DNA of 64,000 bases from Candidatus Iainarchaeum sp. (GCA_021162685.1 JAGGYF010000028.1:1-64000), one strand, 5' to 3'; counted from the first letter of the stretch, positions 28,563-39,232 are shown. The notes: generated from the sequence alone by a model not told the origin. A program made the numbers and translations.

Positions 28563-28957
28563 GAATAGCAGTAGCTTCGTCAGGACCAGGGCTTAATGCA
28601 GAAGCAAGCCCAATGTTTGGGAGATGTCCCTTTTTTGTAATTGTCAACATTGAGGAAAACAATATAAAGGAAGTTAAAAGCATTCCAAATACTGCAACAG
28701 CATATCGTGGCGGAGCAGGTATATCGGCAGCAGAACTTGTGGGCAATGAGAACGTTGATGCAGTAATAGCTGGTGCAATAGGACCAAGGGCGTTTGATGT
28801 GCTTAAACAGCTTGGGATAAAGCAATACATTGGCGTGCCAGGAACCGTAGAAAAAAACATTGACCTACTACTTAAAGGAGAGCTTAAAATGGTCGGCAGT
28901 CCAACAGGACCAATGAGGATGCCTCCTGGAAGAAGGGGCAGGAGAGGAGGTCAATAA
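28559..28957 (+). CDS. NifB/NifX-family (FeMo-cofactor-binding fold) protein
   Basis: MRIAVAS...FGRCPFF, GGAGI.AA...VDAVIAG.IGP.AF. Confidence 0.9.
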   Translation: MRIAVASSGPGLNAEASPMFGRCPFFVIVNIEENNIKEVKSIPNTATAYRGGAGISAAELVGNENVDAVIAGAIGPRAFDVLKQLGIKQYIGVPGTVEKNIDLLLKGELKMVGSPTGPMRMPPGRRGRRGGQ

Positions 28958-28958
28958 A

Positions 28959-29168
28959 ATGCCAGAAGGAGTACCACGAACTGATGAAGAAAGAAGGGAA
29001 AGGCACAAGGAGAAATATGGAACAGAGGAAATCCCAGAAGAACGAAAAGGAAAGGCATCAAAAGCACTTGAGCAGAAGAAGAATCTGATTTTGGCTATAA
29101 AGGTAGTGCTGGTGCTTGCAATTCTTTACTTTCTCTGGATAATTGTCAAGAGGGGTTGGGTTACTTGA
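28959..29168 (+). CDS. small membrane protein, unknown
   Basis: SD GGAGG; charged N-terminus and one TM; packed within the operon. Confidence 0.6.
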   Translation: MPEGVPRTDEERRERHKEKYGTEEIPEERKGKASKALEQKKNLILAIKVVLVLAILYFLWIIVKRGWVT

Positions 29169-30409
29169 ACAAGCTGAAACAAGGAGAGAGGGCAGCAGCA
29201 AAAGTGAGTGTGGGAACCCTAATCTTATCGCTAACAAAGGGAATTGTTGGATACATCACAGGAAGCACTGCTCTGGTAACAGATGCATTTCATTCCTTAG
29301 CAGACCTTATTGCTGCTGCGTCCTCCTGGTTTGGCCTAAAGATCTCACAGAGAAAACCAGATGAAATATTCCCTTACGGATATTACAAAGCAGAAAATCT
29401 CGCTGGTCTGGTAGTTGCGTTGGTGATACTATACGCTGCTGCAACCCTACTTTTTGAAGGATTTTCCCGTATTGGTAAACCTGCAACAATACATGAACCA
29501 ATGCTCGCAATTGCAACGTCTATTGTATCCATTGGAATCGCATTTCTTTTCTATAAATATCTTAAGGCAGTAGGAGAGAAGATCAATTCGCCATCGTTAA
29601 AAGCAAATGCTAATGATAAACTTGTAGATATGGCATCTTCTTCGTTGGTGTTTATTGCCCTTGTGGCATCTTACCTAAACATACCTTACATTGAAGGAAT
29701 CGTGACAGTATTGATCTCGTTTTTAGTGATGAAAATTGGCCTAGAAACCGCAAAAGATTCTGTTCTGGCACTTATGGATGTCAGTCCGAGCAAGGATATT
29801 GAAAAAAGGCTGGAATCTGTTTTATTATCTGTAAAAGGTGTAAGAAAAATAAAAAATCTCAAGCTTAGGAAAGCTGGGCCATTTGTATTTGGTGATGTTG
29901 AAATAGAAGTAAAAGGAAGTATTGATGTAAAAAGGGCACACAGTATAACAGAGGAGATACAAAAGAGTGTGAAGAGGAACATAAAAGAGATAGAGTTCAT
30001 TACAGTACATGTTGAGCCACATAAACCAAGAAGGCAAAAGGTTGTTGTTCCTGTGGAGAATGCAGATGGTATGCGTTCAAAAATAGTGAAGCATTTCGGG
30101 AGAGCCAGATACTTTGTTCTTGTTGAGCTGGATAATAACAAGGTAAAGAAACACAAGGTAGTAAAAAATCCATTTATTGGTGAAAAGATAAGGGCGGGTC
30201 TAAAAACTGCTGGATTTCTTGCTGAAAAAGGGATTGATGCTGTGATAACAAAATCAATAGGTGAGATCTCATTCCATACGCTAAGAGACCACTTTGTGGA
30301 AATCTACCACGCAAAAGGTGAGAATGTTGATGATACTATAAAGCTTTTTATTAGAGGGAAACTTAGACTACTTCGCAGACCGACAAAAGAAGCTGGCGGA
30401 ATTGCATGA
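29156..30409 (+). CDS. cation diffusion facilitator fused to NifX-like domain
   Basis: GSTALVTDAFHSLAD, FPYGYYKAE, VHVEP, then HFGRA.YF NifX domain. Confidence 0.92.
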   Translation: MGYLNKLKQGERAAAKVSVGTLILSLTKGIVGYITGSTALVTDAFHSLADLIAAASSWFGLKISQRKPDEIFPYGYYKAENLAGLVVALVILYAAATLLFEGFSRIGKPATIHEPMLAIATSIVSIGIAFLFYKYLKAVGEKINSPSLKANANDKLVDMASSSLVFIALVASYLNIPYIEGIVTVLISFLVMKIGLETAKDSVLALMDVSPSKDIEKRLESVLLSVKGVRKIKNLKLRKAGPFVFGDVEIEVKGSIDVKRAHSITEEIQKSVKRNIKEIEFITVHVEPHKPRRQKVVVPVENADGMRSKIVKHFGRARYFVLVELDNNKVKKHKVVKNPFIGEKIRAGLKTAGFLAEKGIDAVITKSIGEISFHTLRDHFVEIYHAKGENVDDTIKLFIRGKLRLLRRPTKEAGGIA

Positions 30410-31242
30410 GGATATGTATAACAGGAGGAAAAGGTGGGACAGGTAAGTCATTGATAGCAACATCGCTCGCCTATCATCTTGGAAAAAATCACAAGGTGCT
30501 TCTTGTTGACCTAGATGTTGATTGCCCAAATGACCATCTTATACTGTCAACAAAAAGGGAGGTGTTAAAGGAGGTAAAACAGACCATTCCTGTGCTTAAC
30601 GAAAACAGATGTAAAAAATGTGGGATATGCAGTAATATATGCAGGGAGAATGCCATAGTATTCATAAGAAAACGATTTCCTATCTTCCTTCTTGACCAGT
30701 GTAATGGATGTAAAGCATGTATGGTTGCATGCCCTGCAAATGCAATAGAGGAAGGAGAGCGCGCATATGGTGTAATCTATAAGGGAAAAAATGAACGGAT
30801 TGACATGCTAGTAGCAGAACTCGTGCCAGGACAAAAAGAGGGCTCTCCTTTGGTACATGAAGCAATAAAACTTGTGGGTGAGAACAAAAAATACGATTTT
30901 GTTATTATGGATACTGCAGCAGGAATGCATTGTACTGTCATATCTGCACTTAGAGAATGCGACTATATACTCGCTGTAACCGAACCCACACCATTGGGCG
31001 CACATGATCTCAACCTAATCCTTGATTTAATTGATGAATTAAACATTCCTTCTGGTGTTATATTAAACAAGAGGGGCATTGGAAACGAGAAAGAGGTAAG
31101 AGAAATCACAAAAAGGCATGGAAAGAAGATTGTTGCAGATGTCCCATACAGTAAAGAGGTCATGGAAGCGTATTCCAAAGGCATCCCAGTACCGATTCGG
31201 TTTGTTGAGAAGTTGGTCTCATTTGTGGAGGAGATGAAATGA
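30406..31242 (+). CDS. MinD-like P-loop ATPase with inserted 2x[4Fe-4S] ferredoxin
   Basis: [17 protein letters not shown], CxxCxxCxxxC twice, DTAAG.HC, VTEPTP. Confidence 0.92.
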   Translation: MRICITGGKGGTGKSLIATSLAYHLGKNHKVLLVDLDVDCPNDHLILSTKREVLKEVKQTIPVLNENRCKKCGICSNICRENAIVFIRKRFPIFLLDQCNGCKACMVACPANAIEEGERAYGVIYKGKNERIDMLVAELVPGQKEGSPLVHEAIKLVGENKKYDFVIMDTAAGMHCTVISALRECDYILAVTEPTPLGAHDLNLILDLIDELNIPSGVILNKRGIGNEKEVREITKRHGKKIVADVPYSKEVMEAYSKGIPVPIRFVEKLVSFVEEMK

Positions 31243-31625
31243 AGGGTATATATGTACTCATTATAGATATTTCAAAGGATGTAACAATCAGAGTTGGCTC
31301 GCTTGGTAATATGCTTTTCAAAAAAGGTACGTATGCATATGTTGGATCTGCCCAAAACAATGTTGAAAAGAGGATTAGAAGGCACATGAATAAGAAGAAG
31401 AAATTATTCTGGCACATTGATTATCTTCTGAAAGAACCAGGGATTAGAATAAGAAGGGTGTTATACAAAAAAGCACCAAAAACAGAGGAATGCAGAACAG
31501 CATCTGTTATCAGCAAAAGAGGGGAGGCAATTCCACAATTCGGATGCTCTGATTGTAAATGCAATAGCCATCTTTTTAAGATCACAGAGATGCCACTAAG
31601 AGGGTTTAGAGAGGTGATTACCTGA
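31239..31625 (+). CDS. DUF123 / GIY-YIG-like nuclease family protein
   Basis: MKGIY.L, YAYVGSA, WHIDYLL, FGCSDC.C.SHL. Confidence 0.88.
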   Translation: MKGIYVLIIDISKDVTIRVGSLGNMLFKKGTYAYVGSAQNNVEKRIRRHMNKKKKLFWHIDYLLKEPGIRIRRVLYKKAPKTEECRTASVISKRGEAIPQFGCSDCKCNSHLFKITEMPLRGFREVIT

Positions 31626-32383
31626 ATCCTATTTACGGTCCTGTACCCTCATGGAGACTTGGAGTTTCACTTGGAGTAGACCCTGTATGCAAAATGCCAA
31701 AAATTTGCTCATTTGATTGTATCTATTGTCAGTTGGGAAGAACGGTCGTAAAAACGACAAAAAGGGAGAAATTTGTTGAAGCGGAGATTGTTCGCAGAGA
31801 GTTGAAGAAGGCATTACGTATTGTAACACCAGACGTTATAACATTCTCTGGGGTATCAGAACCAACACTTGCATCAAATATTTCAGACATCGTGAATGTA
31901 ATAAAAGAGGAAACCGATATCCCTGTTGCTATTCTAACAAATGCTTCCCTTATATACAAAAAGGAGGTTATGGACGACCTCATGCATTTTGATATTGTAT
32001 GTGCGAAACTTGATGCTCCAAACCAAAAGATATTTGAGCAGGTAAACAGACCATCATACGGAATAAAAATTGATGATATTATCAACGGAATAAAAGAATT
32101 TAGAAAAGGATTCACGGGGAAACTCGCACTACAAATTATGTTAGTTAACGAAAATAAACCATACGTGAAAGAAATTGCTAACATAGCAAGGGATATAAAA
32201 CCTGATGAGATTCAACTTGATACTCCTCTTAGACCCTGTCCTGTACCTGCCCTTCCAGAGGAGGAGATGTATGAGGCAAAGCAATGCTTTGATGGATTGA
32301 ATGTGATAATGGTGTATGATAGGAAAAAACCAGAGGCAAAAGCAATAGATAAGTATGAGACACACCTGAGGAGACCCACATGA
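31622..32383 (+). CDS. radical SAM protein (probable CTG start)
   Basis: CSFDCIYC. The conserved N-terminus [16 protein letters not shown] lies upstream of the tracked ATG at 31694. Confidence 0.85.
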   Translation: MNPIYGPVPSWRLGVSLGVDPVCKMPKICSFDCIYCQLGRTVVKTTKREKFVEAEIVRRELKKALRIVTPDVITFSGVSEPTLASNISDIVNVIKEETDIPVAILTNASLIYKKEVMDDLMHFDIVCAKLDAPNQKIFEQVNRPSYGIKIDDIINGIKEFRKGFTGKLALQIMLVNENKPYVKEIANIARDIKPDEIQLDTPLRPCPVPALPEEEMYEAKQCFDGLNVIMVYDRKKPEAKAIDKYETHLRRPT

Positions 32384-33264
32384 TAAAAATCACAGTAGTT
32401 TCTGGAAAGGGAGGAGTTGGAAAGAGTAGCATAGCAGCATCCATGGCACTGGTCTTGTCAAAAAACAGAGATATTGTTGCTGTTGATTGTGATGTTGATG
32501 CACCAAACCTTGGGCTGTTGCTTGGTGTAAAAAAGGAGGGCTTCTCATACAAAGAAGTAGGTACAAAAGAGAAAGCGTCTCTCATAGAAGATAGGTGTAT
32601 AAGATGTAGAAAATGCGTGGATATCTGTGTGTTTTCAGCTATCTCATGGGATAACCTACCGATATTTGATAAATATCTGTGTGAGGGATGCGGAGCGTGC
32701 CAACTTGTATGTCCTGTTGATGCAATTGAACTCATAAAAGTGCAGAATGCATTTATTGGATTTACTGACACACAGTATGGGTTCCCTGTTGTTGGTGGTC
32801 AGCTAAAACCAGGAGAATCTGGGTCTGGTGATGTAGTAACATTAGTAAAGGAAAAGGCAGAGGAGATAGCTAACAAAAGAGGGATTGAGACAATGATTAT
32901 AGACTCTGCAGCAGGTATTGGTTGTCCTGTGATTGCCTCAGTAACGGGTTCAGATTACGTTGTCGCTGTCACAGAACCAACACCCGCAGCATTTAGTGAC
33001 CTTAAGAGGGTTTTGGAAGTTGTTGAACATTTCAACATACCATATGGGATAATTATCAATACATGGAACACCAATCCAGCGTTTACAGAAAAGATTGAGA
33101 AATTCGCTTCTGAGAACGAAATAACGTTACTTGGAAAAATCCCATATGACAAAGCCTTTATTGATGCCTTGGTTCAGCTGATGCCTGTTGTTGCTTACGA
33201 TAAGAGGTTTAAAAAATTGTTTAAAAGTATTCTAGAAAAAACTCTGGCAGAGGTAGAGAAATGA
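32380..33264 (+). CDS. second MinD-like ATPase with inserted ferredoxin
   Basis: SGKGGVGKS, DCDVDAPN, two Fe-S motifs, DSAAGIGCP. Confidence 0.92.
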   Translation: MIKITVVSGKGGVGKSSIAASMALVLSKNRDIVAVDCDVDAPNLGLLLGVKKEGFSYKEVGTKEKASLIEDRCIRCRKCVDICVFSAISWDNLPIFDKYLCEGCGACQLVCPVDAIELIKVQNAFIGFTDTQYGFPVVGGQLKPGESGSGDVVTLVKEKAEEIANKRGIETMIIDSAAGIGCPVIASVTGSDYVVAVTEPTPAAFSDLKRVLEVVEHFNIPYGIIINTWNTNPAFTEKIEKFASENEITLLGKIPYDKAFIDALVQLMPVVAYDKRFKKLFKSILEKTLAEVEK

Positions 33265-34061
33265 AAAGGATTATTATGTTAATGGTGTTGACTATGCTTT
33301 TGGGTTGCATTCAGAAAACAGAAAAATTTGAGGGGGTTTCTGCTGCTTCTGGCAGCATAAGGATCATAACACTTTATGACAACAATCCTTACGATGAACG
33401 TTTTGAAACGGGTTTTGGCTATTCTTCATTAATTCAAGCTGGAAACAATACTATACTCTTTGACACAGGAGGAGATAGCATCACACTTTTAAGAAACATG
33501 GAAAAGGCTGGGGTAAAGCCTGAAACAATAAACATTATTGTGCTTTCCCACATACATGGTGATCATACTGGCGGTCTTCTTGGCTTACTTGAGCATACGA
33601 AAGCCCCCATTGTATACCTTCCATCATCGTTCCCTCAAGATTTTAAAGAAAAGGTAAAGACCAATGCAAAACTTGTTGAAGTCAGTGCGCCATCTGAAAT
33701 AAGCAAGGGGATTTATTCAACAGGAGAGCTTGGAACATGGATAAAAGAACAGTCACTAATCATAAAAAGCAGTAAGGGAATTATAATAATTACAGGGTGC
33801 GCTCATCCAGGGATTGTTGAAATCGTTAAGAAAGCAAAGGAGATTACTGGCGAAAGGGTTTACTTGGTTCTGGGCGGGTTTCATCTCAATGGCGCAAGTG
33901 AGAATGAGATCAGGAACATTGTTAGGGAATTCAGGGAGCTTGGAGTGGAAAAAGTAGCACCATGCCATTGTACTGGAGAAACTGCCACAAAAATTTTTAA
34001 AGAAGAATATAAAGAGTATTTCATAGAAAACGGGGTTGGAAAAACAGTAGTGGTAGAATGA
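33261..34061 (+). CDS. MBL-fold metallo-hydrolase with lipoprotein-like signal
   Basis: LFDTG, SHIHGDHTGG, GCAHPG, GGFHL, PCHCTG. Confidence 0.9.
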   Translation: MKRIIMLMVLTMLLGCIQKTEKFEGVSAASGSIRIITLYDNNPYDERFETGFGYSSLIQAGNNTILFDTGGDSITLLRNMEKAGVKPETINIIVLSHIHGDHTGGLLGLLEHTKAPIVYLPSSFPQDFKEKVKTNAKLVEVSAPSEISKGIYSTGELGTWIKEQSLIIKSSKGIIIITGCAHPGIVEIVKKAKEITGERVYLVLGGFHLNGASENEIRNIVREFRELGVEKVAPCHCTGETATKIFKEEYKEYFIENGVGKTVVVE

Positions 34062-34891
34062 TTTTGGAAGCTTTAACAGAGACTTTGAAACTCCTTTTCA
34101 TAGTTTTTATTCTTATGGTTGTAATTGAATATCTAGTCCTCAGATTTGAGAAAAAGATCAGAAGATATATTACAGGGAATCCTTTCACCCAGTATCTTGT
34201 GGCATCTGCGCTTGGTGCTATTCCAGGATGTATTGACGCATTTTTTGTCGTCTCTTTGTATACTGCTGGAATAGTAGGCTTTGGGGCCCTGGCTGCTGTA
34301 ATGATTTCAACAGCAGGAGACGAGGCATTCATCATGCTTGCTATGATACCTGACACAGCCCTAATAATATTTGGAATCTGCTTTGTATTAGGCATTGTTG
34401 GTGGGTTCCTCGCTGACATTTTTGTTAAGAAGTTTAACCTCAAACTCAGTAAGAGTTGTTGCGTTCCAGTGCATAAAAAAGAAAAGGTAATAACATTGAA
34501 GCATTTTGTCAAAGAACATGTTCTCGGCCACATAGTGAAAAAGCACATGCCAAAGCTGTTCCTCTGGCTTTTTTTCACACTCCTTGTTATAAACTGGGCG
34601 CTTGCTAACCTTGAATTGCAATCCCTTCTTCCCAAAAACTACCTCTGGCTACTTGTTTTCGCAGCAATAGTTGGGATAATACCTGAATCAGGCCCCCATA
34701 TAATGTTTGTTGTGCTTTTTTCCAAGGGATTGATTCCCTTTTCAGTGCTCCTTGTGAACACTATAAGCCAGGATGGCCATGGTTTGCTCCCCTTGCTCTC
34801 ACACTCAATAAAAGACACTATTTACCTACAAGTATTTACAACATTATTTGCCCTAGGGGTTGGAATAATTTTGTTTCTCTTAGGTGTTTAG
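34058..34891 (+). CDS. putative metal (Mn/As-efflux-type) permease
   Basis: [33 protein letters not shown]. Confidence 0.8.
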   Translation: MILEALTETLKLLFIVFILMVVIEYLVLRFEKKIRRYITGNPFTQYLVASALGAIPGCIDAFFVVSLYTAGIVGFGALAAVMISTAGDEAFIMLAMIPDTALIIFGICFVLGIVGGFLADIFVKKFNLKLSKSCCVPVHKKEKVITLKHFVKEHVLGHIVKKHMPKLFLWLFFTLLVINWALANLELQSLLPKNYLWLLVFAAIVGIIPESGPHIMFVVLFSKGLIPFSVLLVNTISQDGHGLLPLLSHSIKDTIYLQVFTTLFALGVGIILFLLGV

Positions 34892-34893
34892 GT

Positions 34894-35469
34894 ATGTTGG
34901 ATGAAATTGCTGAAGAAATAAGAAAATGTAGAAGATGTGACCTATGGAAAACGAGAAAGAACACCGTACCAGGAGAAGGAAATGAAAATGCAGAGGTCAT
35001 GTTTATTGGAGAAGCACCTGGGAGAAAAGAAGATGAAACAGGAAAACCATTTGTTGGTGCTGCTGGAGATGTCTTGAACGAAATGCTTGATGGTATTGAA
35101 TTGAAAAGAGAAGATGTTTTTATAACAAGTGTGTTGAAGTGTAGGCCCCCAAACAATAGAAATCCTAGACCAGATGAAATTGCTGCCTGTTCCTTATTTC
35201 TTGAAGAACAGATGAGAACTATAAAGCCAAGAGTAATTTGCACATTGGGGAATGTGGCAACTGCCTATCTCTTAAGGAGGTTTGGAATGAAACCGCAACC
35301 AATTAGCAGAATACACGGAAAACCAATAAATATTGATACACTTGATTTGCATTTCACACTCATTCCGATGTATCATCCAGCAGCTGTCATATACAATGCT
35401 GGGATGAGGAATGCCTTAGTCAACGATTTTAAAACACTGAAGAAAGTGATTTATAGAAGAACGAGGTAG
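34894..35469 (+). CDS. udg: family 4 uracil-DNA glycosylase
   Basis: C..C.L, GEAPG..ED..G.PFVG.AG, KCRPP.NR, YHPAA. Confidence 0.95.
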   Translation: MLDEIAEEIRKCRRCDLWKTRKNTVPGEGNENAEVMFIGEAPGRKEDETGKPFVGAAGDVLNEMLDGIELKREDVFITSVLKCRPPNNRNPRPDEIAACSLFLEEQMRTIKPRVICTLGNVATAYLLRRFGMKPQPISRIHGKPINIDTLDLHFTLIPMYHPAAVIYNAGMRNALVNDFKTLKKVIYRRTR

Positions 35470-35470
35470 T

Positions 35471-37534
35471 ATGGTTATGCCTGAGAAGATACGAAAAAGG
35501 GATGGGAGTGTTGTAAAATTTGACCAGAGGAGGATAACAAAGGCCATAGAAAGAGCAATAAAAGCCATAGGAAAAAAGGATGGAAAACTTGCTAAAAAAC
35601 TCTCGGATAGGGTTGTCAAAAAACTTGGAAAGGTAAAAATCACAACAGTTGAGAGGGTACAAGACGTTGTTGAAGAAGTTTTGGTGGAGTACGGCAATGT
35701 AAAACTTGTGAGAGCGTATATTAGGTACAGATACCAACATGAAAAACTTAGAAAAACAAAGAGCCTATTTGAAGAAACCGATAAAATCATTGATAGTTAT
35801 CTGAAACAAAAGGATTGGAGAGTTAGGGAAAACAGTAACATCACGTATTCATTTGCTGGGCTCGTCATGTATGTATCAAATGCAGCAATTGCAAACTACA
35901 CTCTTGATAGAATCTATCCAGCGGAGATATCAAAAGCGCACAAATCAGGAGATATACACATACATGACTTACAGTTCGGATTAACAGGCTATTGCGCTGG
36001 TTGGTCACTAAAACAATTATTGCTTGATGGATTTGGTGGAGTTCCTGGAAGAACATCATCAAAGCCTGCAAAGCACTTTGATACCGCATTGTTGCAGATG
36101 GTGAACTTTTTAGGTACGCTACAAAATGAATGGGCTGGAGCAATGGCATTTAGCTCTGTTGACACATACCTAGCACCATTTGTAGCCAAAGATAAACTCA
36201 GCTATAAGCAAGTACTCCAGGGCATGCAGAAGTTCATTTTCAATCTGAATATAACATCAAGGTGGGGCGGGCAGACACTATTCACAAATGTTACATTTGA
36301 TTGGAAAGCACCAGAAGACCTAAGAGAAGAGCACATTATTATCGGAGGCAAACAATTAAGGCAGACATATGGCGAGTTCCAAGATGAAATGGACATGATA
36401 AACAAGGCATTCATAGAGATCATGATGCAAGGAGATGCAAATGGAAGACCTTTCACTTTCCCAATACCAACATATAACATAACAAAAGAATTTGATTGGA
36501 ATTCAGAAAATGCTGATCTACTGTTTGAGATGACAGCAAAATATGGGCTGCCCTACTTCTCAAACTTTGTTAATAGTGACTTGGATCCAAAAGATATACG
36601 AAGCATGTGCTGCCACCTCAGACTGGATTTGAGACAACTTGAGAGGAATATCACTGGTGGATTATTTGGCTCTGCTGAACTTACTGGTTCTGTTGGCGTT
36701 GTAACCATAAATATGCCAAGGATTGGGTATCTGAGCAAAGATGAGGTAGAATTTTTTGAGAGACTTGATAAACTTATGGAGATAGCAAAAAACTCATTAG
36801 AGATAAAAAGAAAGGTTGTAGCAAGAAACATGGAAAATGGGTTGTTGCCATACTCAAAACGGTATTTGGGCAGTCTAGCAAACCACTTCTCAACTATTGG
36901 TCTTGTGGGAATGAATGAGGCTTGCCTTAATCTCTTCGGAAAGGACATAAGTACCAAAAAGGGAAAAGCATTTGCTGAAAGAACATTGAAACACATGCTT
37001 GAAAGATTGAAGGATTTCCAGGAAGAAACAGGAAACCTCTACAATCTAGAAGCAACACCTGCAGAAGGGTCATCATATAGATTGGCTTATCTTGACAAAA
37101 AGAAGTATCCAAAGATCATCACAGCAAGTAAGGAAGTTCCTAGATATACAAACTCAACGTGGCTGCCTGTGGATAAAACAGACGACGTTATCTATGCGCT
37201 AAAACATCAAGAAGCATTACAAACATTGTATACTGGTGGTACTGTTTTCCATGCATTTTTTGGAGAACGATTGAATAGCGGGAAGGCATGTAAGCGATTT
37301 GTTAAAAAGGTCATGTATAAAACAAGGATTCCATACCTAACAGTTACACCAACATTTAGTATTTGCCAGGAGCATGGATACATTGTTGGTGAAGAAAAAA
37401 CCTGTCCTATATGCGGAAAAGAAACAGAGGTGTATAGTAGAGTTGTTGGATATTTCAGACCAGTAAAGGATTGGAACCCTGGGAAGCAGCAGGAATTCAA
37501 GGAGAGAAAAACATACAATCCAAAGAAGGCGTAG
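35471..37534 (+). CDS. nrdD: anaerobic ribonucleoside-triphosphate reductase (class III) with ATP-cone
   Basis: KRDG ATP cone, IHIHDL, RSMCC.L, EATPAE, YSRVVGYFRPV glycyl-radical motif. Confidence 0.97.
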   Translation: MVMPEKIRKRDGSVVKFDQRRITKAIERAIKAIGKKDGKLAKKLSDRVVKKLGKVKITTVERVQDVVEEVLVEYGNVKLVRAYIRYRYQHEKLRKTKSLFEETDKIIDSYLKQKDWRVRENSNITYSFAGLVMYVSNAAIANYTLDRIYPAEISKAHKSGDIHIHDLQFGLTGYCAGWSLKQLLLDGFGGVPGRTSSKPAKHFDTALLQMVNFLGTLQNEWAGAMAFSSVDTYLAPFVAKDKLSYKQVLQGMQKFIFNLNITSRWGGQTLFTNVTFDWKAPEDLREEHIIIGGKQLRQTYGEFQDEMDMINKAFIEIMMQGDANGRPFTFPIPTYNITKEFDWNSENADLLFEMTAKYGLPYFSNFVNSDLDPKDIRSMCCHLRLDLRQLERNITGGLFGSAELTGSVGVVTINMPRIGYLSKDEVEFFERLDKLMEIAKNSLEIKRKVVARNMENGLLPYSKRYLGSLANHFSTIGLVGMNEACLNLFGKDISTKKGKAFAERTLKHMLERLKDFQEETGNLYNLEATPAEGSSYRLAYLDKKKYPKIITASKEVPRYTNSTWLPVDKTDDVIYALKHQEALQTLYTGGTVFHAFFGERLNSGKACKRFVKKVMYKTRIPYLTVTPTFSICQEHGYIVGEEKTCPICGKETEVYSRVVGYFRPVKDWNPGKQQEFKERKTYNPKKA

Positions 37535-37541
37535 TGGTTGG

Positions 37542-38246
37542 ATGGAATTTAAAGGATTACAAAAGTTAACATTAATAGACTATCCTGGAAAATTGGCATG
37601 CATAGTATTTACAGGAGGCTGTAATCTCAGATGTCCATTCTGCCAAAACAAGGACCTTGTTCTGAATTATGAAAAACTGCCATCAATATCAGAAGAAGAA
37701 ATCATTAAGTTCCTTGAATCAAGAAGGAAATGGTTGGATGGGATTGTTATTACTGGTGGAGAGCCAACAATACACAGTGACCTACCAGAATTTATAAAAA
37801 AAGTTAAAGAGAGGAGGTTTCTTGTCAAGTTGGACACAAATGGCTCAAACCCGGCTATGTTGAAGATGCTTATTGAAAATAGACTCATTGATTATATCGC
37901 AATGGATGTCAAAGCACCATTGGAATGGGAAAAATACAGTAAAGCATCTGGCATAAAAAACAGAGAGATATTTGAGAACATCTTGAAGAGCATAGACATA
38001 CTTATGCACTCAAACATTGATTATGAGTTCAGGACAACTGTTGTTCCAGGATTGCACACAGAGGAGGACATCTTAAAAATTGCTGAGCAGTTGAAAGGAG
38101 CAAGGGCATATTATCTACAACAGTTTAGGCCAAGAACTACGTTGGACCCAAACTATGAAAAGATAGAGCCATATCCAAGAAAAATGCTTGAGAAACTTGT
38201 TGAAAAGATAAAAGGTTACTTTAAACATTGTGGTGTCAGAGGCTAA
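37542..38246 (+). CDS. nrdG: anaerobic RNR activating radical SAM protein
   Basis: LIDYPG, GCNLRCPFC.N, ITGGEPT, KLDTNG; follows nrdD. Confidence 0.95.
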   Translation: MEFKGLQKLTLIDYPGKLACIVFTGGCNLRCPFCQNKDLVLNYEKLPSISEEEIIKFLESRRKWLDGIVITGGEPTIHSDLPEFIKKVKERRFLVKLDTNGSNPAMLKMLIENRLIDYIAMDVKAPLEWEKYSKASGIKNREIFENILKSIDILMHSNIDYEFRTTVVPGLHTEEDILKIAEQLKGARAYYLQQFRPRTTLDPNYEKIEPYPRKMLEKLVEKIKGYFKHCGVRG

Positions 38247-38358
38247 TGTAGAACATTATTGCTAGAAACTGTTTGGTTTCTGTTTATTGGTTATCACCAA
38301 TAACGTTAACCACCAAACTGCCATAACATTTATAAATCCCTTTTTCATTGTTCAGAAC

Positions 38359-38553
38359 ATGGCAAAGAAATGTGAATGTGTGATATGTAACATGCCGAAC
38401 CCAATGTTTTGGGGCATTGTCCTGACCATAGTTGGTATAGTGTACATCCTACAAGAGATGGGCACACAGATCCTACCAAAAGGGGTCTCGCTCTGGTCAG
38501 TGCTTGTCTTGATACTGGGTCTGTTCACACTATACCACAAGATACAGCAATAA
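38359..38553 (+). CDS. small 2-TM membrane protein, probably leaderless
   Basis: TTTATAAA at 38329-38336, ATG at 38359, MAKKCECVIC followed by two TMs. Confidence 0.6.
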   Translation: MAKKCECVICNMPNPMFWGIVLTIVGIVYILQEMGTQILPKGVSLWSVLVLILGLFTLYHKIQQ

Positions 38554-38592
38554 TCGCAATAAATGCCCCAAAACGCTAGGTGAACCGTATCA

Positions 38593-38687
38593 TTTATAAA
38601 TATAAGTATGCAAAATAATAGGCATCTGGGCGAGTTTGCTATGCAAACGTGGACCCTAGAATAAGTGCTACTTATTCTAGTATGTCC
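38593..38687 (+). promoter_or_regulatory. TATA box plus structured leader of rps13 operon
   Basis: TTTATAAA at 38593-38600; hairpins GTTTGC/GCAAAC (38634-38648) and CTAGAATAAGT/ACTTATTCTAG (38656-38680). Confidence 0.6.
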
Positions 38688-38707
38688 AAAAACAAAGAGG
38701 GATTACT

Positions 38708-39232
38708 ATGGCAAAGAAAGAGAAGGTTGAACCAAAACCAAAGAAAGAGGTAGAGGACAAGAATATAAGAGGGATTGTGAGAATTGCAGGCAAAGACTTG
38801 GATGGCACATTACCTATCCCACGAGCGCTGCTTGGCATAAAGGGAATTGGCCATAATCTCGCACGCTCTATTGCGTACAAGGCAGAAGAAACCCTTGGTA
38901 TTCCGTATAATCAAAAACTTGGTTATTTGACAGAAGAACAATCTGAAACACTTGAGAAGATTATATTAGATCCTGTTAAGTTTGGATTACCTTCATGGAG
39001 TGTCAATAGAAGAAAGGATTACGCAACAGGAAAGGACATTCATCTGACTGGTCATGATCTTGAATTCGCTGTAAAAGATGATATAGGAAGAGAGAAGAAG
39101 ATGAAGAGTTACAAAGGAGTAAGGCATGCTGCTGGATTAACAGTTAGGGGACAAAGGACAAAAACATCTGGAAGAAAAGGTGCCACTGTTGGTGTGCAGA
39201 GAAGAAAGAACGTCAAGGGTTCAGGTAAGTAA
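38708..39232 (+). CDS. rps13: ribosomal protein uS13
   Basis: IVRIAG.DLDG, NRRKD..TG, GL.VRGQRTK. Confidence 0.97.
   Translation: MAKKEKVEPKPKKEVEDKNIRGIVRIAGKDLDGTLPIPRALLGIKGIGHNLARSIAYKAEETLGIPYNQKLGYLTEEQSETLEKIILDPVKFGLPSWSVNRRKDYATGKDIHLTGHDLEFAVKDDIGREKKMKSYKGVRHAAGLTVRGQRTKTSGRKGATVGVQRRKNVKGSGK

Noticed and set aside
28559-30409. Nitrogen fixation genes
   Set aside because: Only NifX-like fold domains are present; there is no nifHDK or nifEN.
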